In this document: positions 52,440 to 61,330 of the stretch, one piece after another | How the letters are laid out: each line of letters opens with the position of its first letter | How positions within the stretch are numbered: the stretch's first letter is position 1 | Source: Escherichia coli | Lineage (GTDB): Bacteria > Pseudomonadota > Gammaproteobacteria > Enterobacterales > Enterobacteriaceae | Reading direction: 5' to 3' (one strand) | NCBI RefSeq assembly: GCF_050920415.1 | Contig: NZ_CP169309.1 | Length of the DNA: 64,000 nucleotides | The notes under the pieces: generated by a model | Databases searched by the model: none | What the model saw: the letters and a program-made list of their open reading frames with translations, nothing else | What the model was told of the DNA's origin: nothing | Position numbers and translations under genes: made by a program

Positions 52440-54323
52440 GAGTAGGCCACCGGAACCTCCCCGACAGCCTCTCGCAGAACCGTACGTGAAACTCTCGCTT
52501 CATACGGCTCCCGTCAGGCAAACGCGCTTCCTGGTCCTGCTTTCCAGTGGGCAAACAACTCCGGCTTCTCTTTTGACAGTCTTTCCATTAGCTGACACGC
52601 CTTCGTCTTTCTATACCACAGGGTTTTATATTTCTTTCTCGCCCACGCAATCAGCGTCAGATTAATATATCTGCATACTTTCTTCATCGCTGATTTGTGG
52701 TATCTCGCGTAATAATTCAGCCACCCCGATATTATCAGATTCAGCCACTTCGCAATATCTTCGAGACTCATCTCCACCCTGCGTCTGATCCACAGTTTCC
52801 TGAGTTTTCCAATCATGCCTTTCTGCGCACGGTTACTCGCCGCCGGGCTGAAACTCGTAAAGAGGTTTCCCCGCCGGTGGTTACGTGCTCTTCGCGCTCT
52901 GAACGTATACCCCAGAAAATCAAACTGCACTGTTTCATGGTTCGCCTGTCGTTCGCTGTCTTTGCAGTAAACTATTTTCGTTTTCTCCGGATGTAATTCC
53001 AGTCCACATTCCTGAAAACGTTTTGCCAGCTTATTCAGTAATTCCTCTGCCTGTTGTTTACTGCCACAATGAATTAATCCATCATCTGCATAACGGCACC
53101 AGGGAATTTCCGGATAATGTAACGTCAGCCATTTATCAAACACATAGTGCAGAAATAAATTCGCCAGTACCGGGCTGATGACTCCACCCTGTGGCGTACC
53201 TTTATTTCTTTCCTTCAGTGTTCCATCCGGCATCTGCACCGGCGCTGTCAGCCAGCGGCGAATAGACAGTCTTACCCATTTATCCGCACAATGTTTATCT
53301 ACTGCCCTGAGTAATAAATCGTGGGGGATATTATCGAATAACCCTTTAATATCAAACTCAAGACACCAGTCGTATTGCCAGCAACGTTTTCTGGTGACTG
53401 CTATTGCATCCAGCGCTGATTTTCCATGCCGGTATCCGTATGAATCATTCAGGAAATAACGCTCCACTAATGGTTCAAACGTTACCAGCACCGTCATCTG
53501 CGCTATTCTATCGCTTACTGTCGGTATTCCTAAAAGTCTTTTGCTGCCATCCTTCTTCGGAATTTCCACCGCACGCACTGGCGGCGGCATCCAGCTTCCC
53601 GACGATAACCTGTTCCAGATTTTGTACAGATTTCCTTTCAGATCCCGCTCAAAATCTTTCAGCGTCTGGTTATCCACTCCGGCAGCTCCGGCATTCGCCT
53701 TTATCCGCCGGTACGCTTCCACCACATGCAATTTACTGACCTGAAACGGTTTTGTCTGTTCACACACAGTCTCCTCCTGCCTACAGTTGGGCTGTGATGC
53801 AGACTGCCCGACGCTGTCCCTTCGCTCCACGTTCATTACAAACGCTTCCTCACTACTACGAACAGCTCTGCCCCGGTTTCGCACATCGATACTCTCATAC
53901 TCATAATTTCGGTTATTTGTAATTCTCTCTTGACATTGCGACGACCGGTTCCCGTAGTTCCTGCAAAGAGCCCGATACAGCGTCATGCCTGCTATACACC
54001 GGACATCATTCACGCAGCATTCGGAATTCACCCGTAAATTAATCCCGGCGGTATCACGAAACCTCCGGTTTTGATGTCACTTAGGACTAACGACGTTTCA
54101 ACACAGGTTCGGGTTTACTCATCTCACTGTATCTCACATAGGATCAGATCTCGTCTGATCGTTCCCCCTGCGCTCACTACCATGGCTCTTTACCACAGCA
54201 GCCGGGGTTGTTTGGGACCGACTTCCGACAGCAGATCCCGGTGGGCCTGCCACCATCTCTTCACAAGCTTATGCTTATTACATGCAAAACGTCCCGTTTT
54301 GCATCTTTGTGCCTACGGCACAC
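52440..54323 (-). mobile_element. Group II intron (boundaries approximate)
   Basis: On the minus strand: 5' GUGUG-type start near 54323, internal RT/maturase ORF, and a canonical domain V hairpin GAGCCGTATGAAGCGAGAGTTTCACGTACGGTTC (plus coordinates 52477..52510) followed by a domain VI-like helix. Confidence 0.8.
52514..54031 (-). CDS. Group II intron-encoded reverse transcriptase/maturase
   Basis: 505 aa with RT motifs including YADD (RYADDGLIHC) and a C-terminal maturase (domain X) region; stop codon abuts domain V. Confidence 0.9.
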   Translation of the reverse strand: MNSECCVNDVRCIAGMTLYRALCRNYGNRSSQCQERITNNRNYEYESIDVRNRGRAVRSSEEAFVMNVERRDSVGQSASQPNCRQEETVCEQTKPFQVSKLHVVEAYRRIKANAGAAGVDNQTLKDFERDLKGNLYKIWNRLSSGSWMPPPVRAVEIPKKDGSKRLLGIPTVSDRIAQMTVLVTFEPLVERYFLNDSYGYRHGKSALDAIAVTRKRCWQYDWCLEFDIKGLFDNIPHDLLLRAVDKHCADKWVRLSIRRWLTAPVQMPDGTLKERNKGTPQGGVISPVLANLFLHYVFDKWLTLHYPEIPWCRYADDGLIHCGSKQQAEELLNKLAKRFQECGLELHPEKTKIVYCKDSERQANHETVQFDFLGYTFRARRARNHRRGNLFTSFSPAASNRAQKGMIGKLRKLWIRRRVEMSLEDIAKWLNLIISGWLNYYARYHKSAMKKVCRYINLTLIAWARKKYKTLWYRKTKACQLMERLSKEKPELFAHWKAGPGSAFA

Positions 54324-54398
54324 CGTGATCTTTCCCTGGGAATAAAAGAAAGTTCACTGTAGTTATTAATGATATTTACTTCTTCATTCATATTTTAC

Positions 54399-54788
54399 CT
54401 ATTTAGAAAAACATATGCTCGCTTCCTCCGTGATAGAGATAACATAATCAGGTATTATTTCAAATACAGGAGTAATTAAGTATGGTCTGGAGTAACCATT
54501 ATTAAAATCCACACTATCAACTAAAAAACTAATAATGCTATCTTTGTCAGAAACAATCAATGATTCTCGGTAATAAGTTTTTTTACCTTTATTTCTCACA
54601 ATATTCAGTGCAATGTAGAATCTATCGTCTATCATAATGTCAGAAAGATTTTTAACATGATCTACCCAAGTGATGCTTCGACATTGCTCTTTTTTATTGA
54701 GCATTGCAAAAAAAATATCTTCTTTCACTTTCTCACTTGGTAACTGACTTAAAGGTTTTATACCTGTAAATATAAATTTAGTTTTCAT
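54399..54788 (-). CDS. Hypothetical protein (AT-rich accessory ORF D)
   Basis: 129-aa ORF, no recognisable family from sequence alone; 72 bp upstream of the intron 5' end. Confidence 0.5.
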   Translation of the reverse strand: MKTKFIFTGIKPLSQLPSEKVKEDIFFAMLNKKEQCRSITWVDHVKNLSDIMIDDRFYIALNIVRNKGKKTYYRESLIVSDKDSIISFLVDSVDFNNGYSRPYLITPVFEIIPDYVISITEEASICFSK

Positions 54789-54818
54789 ATTGGCTAATTC
54801 GTTTGAAGAGTTGCTACT

Positions 54819-55241
54819 TTATTCAATCCAGTAAGCTAGTCGCTCTCCAGAACTTAGATTTTCCCTTTTGTAATAAAATACCGTATCGAAATTAAGTGAA
54901 ATGTTTGCCGCTATAACTTTAAACTGTAATATTGACTCGGAATAAAACTCGAGAATAATATTAGCATCATTATCATCGTTAATTATTTTTAGTTTCATAA
55001 AATCATCAAGAGGATCACAAGTCCAGTGCGTATCACCACTCATGTAAGATGGTGCATTTATTATTATTTCAAAATTATGATAGTACGAAAGATCACTACT
55101 GCCAACGATAATTAATCGCCCATTACTATAGAGATAAATTTCAAAATCTATCCAACAGTTATTTCTGTAATTACGCCTAATTTCGTCCACTACATTTTGT
55201 TGTTTCATTTTGGATTCTTGTAAAAGATAATTACTACGCAT
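54819..55241 (-). CDS. Hypothetical protein (accessory ORF C)
   Basis: 140-aa acidic ORF, low GC, no TM segments. Confidence 0.5.
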   Translation of the reverse strand: MRSNYLLQESKMKQQNVVDEIRRNYRNNCWIDFEIYLYSNGRLIIVGSSDLSYYHNFEIIINAPSYMSGDTHWTCDPLDDFMKLKIINDDNDANIILEFYSESILQFKVIAANISLNFDTVFYYKRENLSSGERLAYWIE

Positions 55242-55285
55242 TGACTAAGTGAAATATTATCTTCTATAGATCGTATCTGTAAAAT

Positions 55286-55618
55286 TTAAAATGTGTTAAC
55301 TTCACTTCTTAATAATACAAATTCCTCCAGGCTTAATATTTTATTTTTTAATTCATCATGCCTGATCGTATCATTGATATAGAGAAGATAAGTATACTCA
55401 GGATAATCGACCTCATCCACTACGCCATCCAAAACATCATAATTTTCTTTTAGAAGAAAATGTTCATGTCTTTTGTCTCCGGGCAATAAATAGATTCCGC
55501 CATAATAAAGGCTTTCTTTCTCTTTAAATGTGATTTTTATCAGATCTTCTAACATCTTCTGCGCATCATATATTTCCACCCCATAATATCCATACAAGTC
55601 ATAATAACCCATTCCCAT
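55286..55618 (-). CDS. Hypothetical protein (accessory ORF B)
   Basis: 110-aa ORF with ATG start preceded by AGGTGA RBS. Confidence 0.55.
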   Translation of the reverse strand: MGMGYYDLYGYYGVEIYDAQKMLEDLIKITFKEKESLYYGGIYLLPGDKRHEHFLLKENYDVLDGVVDEVDYPEYTYLLYINDTIRHDELKNKILSLEEFVLLRSEVNTF

Positions 55619-55639
55619 TTCACCTGTTTGAATTTGTAT

Positions 55640-55840
55640 TCATTCACCCTCACGGGATTTACCAATTACATTCAGCAGTGGCATTAAATGTAATGTTACA
55701 AAACTATCACATCTTTCCTGAATTATCATTTGGATATAATGTTTTGTGTCATTGCTACCATATTCAGCCATATAGAATATTACTGCGTCCATTATATCTC
55801 TTTCATAGTTTTCTAATGCATCAACAAATACATCAACCAA
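55640..55840 (-). CDS. Hypothetical small ORF (accessory ORF A), possibly a remnant
   Basis: 66-aa frame with only a TTG start and no clear RBS; the frame is closed by stops just upstream; in the same frame as ORF B, separated by one TGA. Confidence 0.3.
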   Translation of the reverse strand: MVDVFVDALENYERDIMDAVIFYMAEYGSNDTKHYIQMIIQERCDSFVTLHLMPLLNVIGKSREGE

Positions 55841-56050
55841 AGTATTAACGTCTTTACTTGATGGATGCTCTGAAAGATTATTTTCATTTGTGAGAATCTG
55901 AATCGTACCATTACGATTCTCTTAGAAATATCATTAAATACGCTACCGCCCTACCCTGATAGACTGGCCCCCTGAATCTCCAGACAACCAGTATCACTTA
56001 AATAAGTGATAGTCTTAATACTAGTTTTTAGACTAGTCATTGGAGAACAG

Positions 56051-56416
56051 ATGATTGATGTCTTAGGGCCGGAGAAACGCAGACGGCGTACCACACAGGA
56101 AAAGATCGCAATTGTTCAGCAGAGCTTTGAACCGGGGATGACGGTCTCCCTCGTTGCCCGGCAACATGGTGTAGCAGCCAGCCAGTTATTTCTCTGGCGT
56201 AAGCAATACCAGGAAGGAAGTCTTACTGCTGTCGCCGCCGGAGAACAGGTTGTTCCTGCCTCTGAACTTGCTGCCGCCATGAAGCAGATTAAAGAACTCC
56301 AGCGCCTGCTCGGCAAGAAAACGATGGAAAATGAACTCCTCAAAGAAGCCGTTGAATATGGACGGGCAAAAAAGTGGATAGCGCACGCGCCCTTATTGCC
56401 CGGGGATGGGGAGTAA
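56051..56416 (+). CDS. insC: IS2 transposase OrfA
   Basis: 121-aa product [47 protein letters not shown]... Confidence 0.95.
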
Positions 56417-57279
56417 GCTTAGTCAGCCGTTGTCTCCGGGTGTCGCGTGCGCAGTTGCACGTCATTCTCAGACGAACCGATGACTGGATGGATGGCCGCC
56501 GCAGTCGTCACACTGATGATACGGATGTGCTTCTCCGTATACACCATGTTATCGGAGAGCTGCCCACGTATGGTTATCGTCGGGTATGGGCGCTGCTTCG
56601 CAGACAGGCAGAACTTGATGGTATGCCTGCGATCAATGCCAAACGTGTTTACCGGATCATGCGCCAGAATGCGCTGTTGCTTGAGCGAAAACCTGCTGTA
56701 CCGCCATCGAAACGGGCACATACAGGCAGAGTGGCCGTGAAAGAAAGCAATCAGCGATGGTGCTCTGACGGGTTCGAGTTCTGCTGTGATAACGGAGAGA
56801 GACTGCGTGTCACGTTCGCGCTGGACTGCTGTGATCGTGAGGCACTGCACTGGGCGGTGACTACTGGCGGCTTCAACAGTGAAACAGTACAGGACGTCAT
56901 GCTGGGAGCGGTGGAACGCCGCTTCGGCAACGATCTTCCGTCGTCTCCAGTGGAGTGGCTGACGGATAATGGTTCATGCTACCGGGCTAATGAAACACGC
57001 CAGTTCGCCCGGATGTTGGGACTTGAACCGAAGAACACGGCGGTGCGGAGTCCGGAGAGTAACGGAATAGCAGAGAGCTTCGTGAAAACGATAAAGCGTG
57101 ACTACATCAGTATCATGCCCAAACCAGACGGGTTAACGGCAGCAAAGAACCTTGCAGAGGCGTTCGAGCATTATAACGAATGGCATCCGCATAGTGCGCT
57201 GGGTTATCGCTCGCCACGGGAATATCTGCGGCAGCGGGCTTGTAATGGGTTAAGTGATAACAGATGTCTGGAAATATAG
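56374..57279 (+). CDS. insD: IS2 transposase OrfB (DDE integrase domain)
   Basis: 301-aa ORF overlapping insC in the -1 frame, typical IS3-family arrangement. Confidence 0.95.
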
Positions 57280-57513
57280 GGGCAAATCCACCTGATAACA
57301 TGATCTGCACTGCGTTATCATATCGACATGTTTCTCTATATGCGAAGAGATGTTTTATTTTCGGATTAAATTAAATTGATATTCAATATAAAATACAGAA
57401 TCACATCAGCGACATAAATAGTTGTAACAACTTCAATTACCATTCATAGCAAACAAATAGACGTCCAGTTAACTTTGCCGATGATTTATTAACATTAATC
57501 TCCGGCATTGTTG

Positions 57514-58131
57514 TTAAATAATGGCATTCCTTTTTAGTACTTCTTGTAACTTTGGTATCTGACATACAGCATCAGCAATCGCACTGATATTCGTGGCATT
57601 ATCCTGAAACCATTCATGCCCAGGCCCCCATGTGCGCATTGTGCAAAGATAACAGTCCACCAGCGTGAGTTGCTCTCCAAACACATACGGTTCAGCAGTC
57701 AATTGTGAATTCAGCCAGATATAAAGCGATTTGCGATATTCAATAACATTCTTCTTCAACTGTTCAGGTGCGTCGGGGACCCAACGTTCAGGGTAATCGG
57801 CGAAGGTAAACGTTGGATAGACATTAGCGACCAGCCAGACCAATAGCCGTTGAAACTGCTGACGTTCGGCACGCCCAACTGGTGGCGCAAGATCCGGGCT
57901 GCGGTCGAGCACCATTAGCGCAATAGCCGCGCTTTCGGTCATAATCTCGCCATTTTCCAGCGCCAGTGTCGGAACCTGACATAGCGGATTGAGCTTTTGC
58001 AATAGCTCACGCGCAATACCTTCACTGTCAAAACCGCTGACATCAACAAACTTATAGGGAATATCTGCCAGCGTAAGCATGAGTTCGCTGATTGTAGAAC
58101 CCCATCCCGGCACGCCATACATCTTTAACAT
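57514..58131 (-). CDS. yncG: Glutathione S-transferase homolog
   Basis: 205-aa minus-strand ORF; divergent from ansP. Confidence 0.85.
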   Translation of the reverse strand: MLKMYGVPGWGSTISELMLTLADIPYKFVDVSGFDSEGIARELLQKLNPLCQVPTLALENGEIMTESAAIALMVLDRSPDLAPPVGRAERQQFQRLLVWLVANVYPTFTFADYPERWVPDAPEQLKKNVIEYRKSLYIWLNSQLTAEPYVFGEQLTLVDCYLCTMRTWGPGHEWFQDNATNISAIADAVCQIPKLQEVLKRNAII

Positions 58132-58413
58132 AGCGCCTCCAAAACGCCTAAAAGCTTAAGTGTAGAACACCCATTTCACACGGCGTTGAGGGGCCAGAAG
58201 CGCCTTTCTGACTCTTTTATAACCACACACCTGAATTACCCCCCTAATTTATATGGTTATTTTTTGCATCGTTTCCCGAATGAAGGTAGGATTCTGCGCC
58301 GACAGACATATACCCATAAAGAATAACGGTTAGCGCTGTCATAGTTACCGTGAATAAAGAATGTATTTGTGGTAACGAGAAACGTTAATTCATGAAGATC
58401 ATCAGGGAGCGCA

Positions 58414-59913
58414 ATGAGATCACATAACAACGACGTAACTGATCAACACGCCGCGAAACGCCGCTGGCTTAATGCCCACGAAGAGGGGTATCACAAAGCG
58501 ATGGGCAATCGCCAGGTACAGATGATCGCCATTGGCGGCGCGATTGGCACCGGCTTGTTTTTAGGTGCAGGAGCCCGACTGCAAATGGCGGGGCCAGCAC
58601 TGGCACTGGTCTATTTAATCTGCGGCCTGTTTTCATTTTTTATTCTGCGTGCATTGGGTGAGCTGGTGCTACACCGCCCTTCCAGTGGCAGTTTTGTCTC
58701 TTATGCCCGTGAGTTTTTAGGAGAGAAAGCCGCTTACGTTGCAGGCTGGATGTACTTCATCAACTGGGCGATGACGGGGATTGTCGATATTACCGCCGTC
58801 GCTCTGTATATGCATTACTGGGGTGCGTTTGGCGGCGTGCCGCAGTGGGTCTTTGCGCTCGCTGCGCTGACCATCGTTGGCACCATGAATATGATTGGTG
58901 TGAAATGGTTTGCGGAGATGGAGTTCTGGTTTGCGCTTATTAAAGTGCTCGCCATCGTGACCTTTTTGGTCGTGGGTACAGTGTTCCTCGGTAGCGGTCA
59001 GCCGCTGGATGGCAACACCACTGGCTTTCATTTAATTACCGATAATGGCGGCTTCTTCCCCCACGGTTTACTGCCTGCGCTGGTATTGATTCAGGGCGTA
59101 GTGTTTGCTTTTGCCTCTATTGAAATGGTTGGAACAGCTGCCGGAGAATGTAAAGATCCGCAGACCATGGTGCCTAAAGCCATTAACAGTGTGATTTGGC
59201 GTATTGGCCTGTTTTACGTCGGCTCCGTGGTGTTGCTGGTTATGTTATTACCGTGGAGCGCGTATCAGGCGGGGCAAAGTCCGTTCGTGACGTTTTTCTC
59301 TAAACTGGGCGTGCCTTACATCGGCAGCATTATGAACATTGTGGTACTGACTGCTGCCCTCTCCAGCCTGAACTCAGGTCTGTACTGCACCGGGCGTATT
59401 CTGCGCTCAATGGCGATGGGCGGCTCTGCACCAAGTTTCATGGCGAAAATGAGTCGTCAGCATGTGCCGTATGCCGGGATCCTGGCGACGCTGGTCGTTT
59501 ATGTTGTTGGCGTATTCCTTAACTATCTGGTGCCGTCGCGCGTATTTGAGATTGTGTTGAACTTCGCGTCGCTGGGAATCATCGCTTCATGGGCGTTTAT
59601 CATCGTGTGCCAGATGCGCCTGCGTAAAGCGATTAAAGAAGGCAAAGCAGCGGATGTCAGTTTTAAACTCCCAGGTGCGCCCTTTACGTCGTGGCTGACA
59701 TTACTGTTTTTACTGAGCGTCCTGGTGCTGATGGCGTTCGATTACCCGAACGGGACTTATACCATCGCTGCGCTGCCGATTATTGGCCTTCTGCTGGTTG
59801 TAGGTTGGTTTGGTGTGCGCAAACGCGTTGCAGAAATACACAGCACTGCGCCAGTCGTCGAGGAAGATGAAGAAAAACAGGAAATTGTGTTTAAGCCTGA
59901 AACGGCGAGCTAA
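58414..59913 (+). CDS. ansP: L-asparagine permease (APC family)
   Basis: 499-aa 12-TM amino acid permease. Confidence 0.95.
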   Translation: MRSHNNDVTDQHAAKRRWLNAHEEGYHKAMGNRQVQMIAIGGAIGTGLFLGAGARLQMAGPALALVYLICGLFSFFILRALGELVLHRPSSGSFVSYAREFLGEKAAYVAGWMYFINWAMTGIVDITAVALYMHYWGAFGGVPQWVFALAALTIVGTMNMIGVKWFAEMEFWFALIKVLAIVTFLVVGTVFLGSGQPLDGNTTGFHLITDNGGFFPHGLLPALVLIQGVVFAFASIEMVGTAAGECKDPQTMVPKAINSVIWRIGLFYVGSVVLLVMLLPWSAYQAGQSPFVTFFSKLGVPYIGSIMNIVVLTAALSSLNSGLYCTGRILRSMAMGGSAPSFMAKMSRQHVPYAGILATLVVYVVGVFLNYLVPSRVFEIVLNFASLGIIASWAFIIVCQMRLRKAIKEGKAADVSFKLPGAPFTSWLTLLFLLSVLVLMAFDYPNGTYTIAALPIIGLLLVVGWFGVRKRVAEIHSTAPVVEEDEEKQEIVFKPETAS

Positions 59914-59921
59914 TTGCAAAA

Positions 59922-59944
59922 TTGCCCGGCTACGTGCCGGGCAA
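59922..59944. terminator. Bidirectional hairpin terminator between ansP and yncE
   Basis: TTGCCCGGC-TACGT-GCCGGGCAA flanked by A-run and T-rich sequence. Confidence 0.65.
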
Positions 59945-60027
59945 ATTTAGATTACTGACGAAGGTGTGCCGCATGCGGCGTGATAAAAGTCAGGCAAGTC
60001 TCTCCGTTTTCACCCTCGCCATATCTA

Positions 60028-61089
60028 TTACAGCGCAATACGAATCACATCGTCTGGCTGGGTAGCTTCCTGCTGTTTAGTGGATTTTTGTTTCACACTG
60101 ACATACAGCGTTTTGCCATCGGCAGACAGCGCCAGGCTGTTTGGATGAGTCGGCGTATCGAACGTTTTCACCACTTTATAGCTTTTCGCGTCAATCACAC
60201 TGACTTTACCTGCCTGACGATGCGTTACGTAGGCTTCATTACGCGCTGGGTTAAACAGCACAGCCAGTGATTCCGGTGCCGCAACCTTCGCCAGAATATT
60301 GCCATTACGGGTATCGACCACTAGCACTTCTGCCGCTTTAGAATCGGTGATAAATGCACGCTGCCTGGCGGTATCGAGGCTGATGTTGATAAAGAAGTGC
60401 TCTTTGCCATCATCCAGCAGCTTTTTACGGCTGAGGATTTTATTGTCGGCGGTGTCGATGGTAATCAATTCACCATCGGCATTAGTGGTGTAAAGACGTT
60501 TGCCTTTGCTATCCAGCGCCAGACCGGTACTCATTTTACCGGTGTTCTGGATGGCGGTTTTCAGTTTGATATTCTCGCCATCAACGACCCAAATCACGCT
60601 CTCTTTACCAATACCACTGATGTAAACGGTGTTCGTGGCATCATCAGCTACCAGCTCACGCGGTTGCAGCGGGCGCACCTCTTCCGTGCGCTTACGATCA
60701 TCCAGCACCAGACGGCCTTTCACTTCGCCCGTTTTGGCATCTATCGCCGTGACCGCGCTGTTTACGGTGTTACCAAACCACAACGTCTGAGTCGTGTTAT
60801 TGATGGTGGCACCAAACGGCTTGAGATCGTTATGGATCGCCTGAGTTACCTCCAGAGTGACCGGATCGAGACGATAAACCACCCCGCCTTTATCCAGTTT
60901 GCGGCTTTGTGAAGTAGCGAGCCACAGCGCGTTTTCCTGCTGGCTATAAGCCATTTCGTAGGCACCTTTACCTACCGCTTTACGCAGCATTTCTTCTGCG
61001 GCCTGCGTACTGAATGATGAAGCAATAAGCAATGAACCTAACAGTAATGAACCACGCAGGCGCGATGAAAACAGATGACGTAAATGCAT
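60028..61089 (-). CDS. yncE: Periplasmic seven-bladed beta-propeller protein
   Basis: 353 aa with signal peptide; synteny ansP-yncE-yncD. Confidence 0.9.
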   Translation of the reverse strand: MHLRHLFSSRLRGSLLLGSLLIASSFSTQAAEEMLRKAVGKGAYEMAYSQQENALWLATSQSRKLDKGGVVYRLDPVTLEVTQAIHNDLKPFGATINNTTQTLWFGNTVNSAVTAIDAKTGEVKGRLVLDDRKRTEEVRPLQPRELVADDATNTVYISGIGKESVIWVVDGENIKLKTAIQNTGKMSTGLALDSKGKRLYTTNADGELITIDTADNKILSRKKLLDDGKEHFFINISLDTARQRAFITDSKAAEVLVVDTRNGNILAKVAAPESLAVLFNPARNEAYVTHRQAGKVSVIDAKSYKVVKTFDTPTHPNSLALSADGKTLYVSVKQKSTKQQEATQPDDVIRIAL

Positions 61090-61330
61090 GACGACTCCCT
61101 TTGATGAACCGATATTTTTGCTGCTTCACAATGCTTCGCTAAGCGTAATCATCGTTACGCTCTTGTTATAAATGGGAATGGTAATCATTATTTTCTCAAA
61201 TGTGGAGCATTTCTTGCCGTTACGACTACAATTTTCTCAATTACTTAACGTATTGTGCCGTTTCATTTTCCATAAATTTACAATTTCATTACCATGACGG
61301 CGTTTTCCCATTCTTAACCTGGCTTTTTTC

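Larger units (their letters stand above)
55960..57290 (+). mobile_element. IS2 (IS3 family), complete 1331-bp copy
   Basis: Ends TAGACTGGCCCCCTGAATCTCC... and ...CTGGAAATATAGGGGCAAATCCA (imperfect terminal inverted repeats); flanked by direct 5-bp repeat CCTGA at 55955..55959 and 57291..57295. Confidence 0.95.

Noticed and set aside
57113-57310. 65-aa minus-strand ORF spanning the IS2 right end
   Set aside because: It is antisense to insD and crosses the IS2 terminus, so it is an artefact of the insertion junction rather than a disrupted host gene (yncG ends at 57514).
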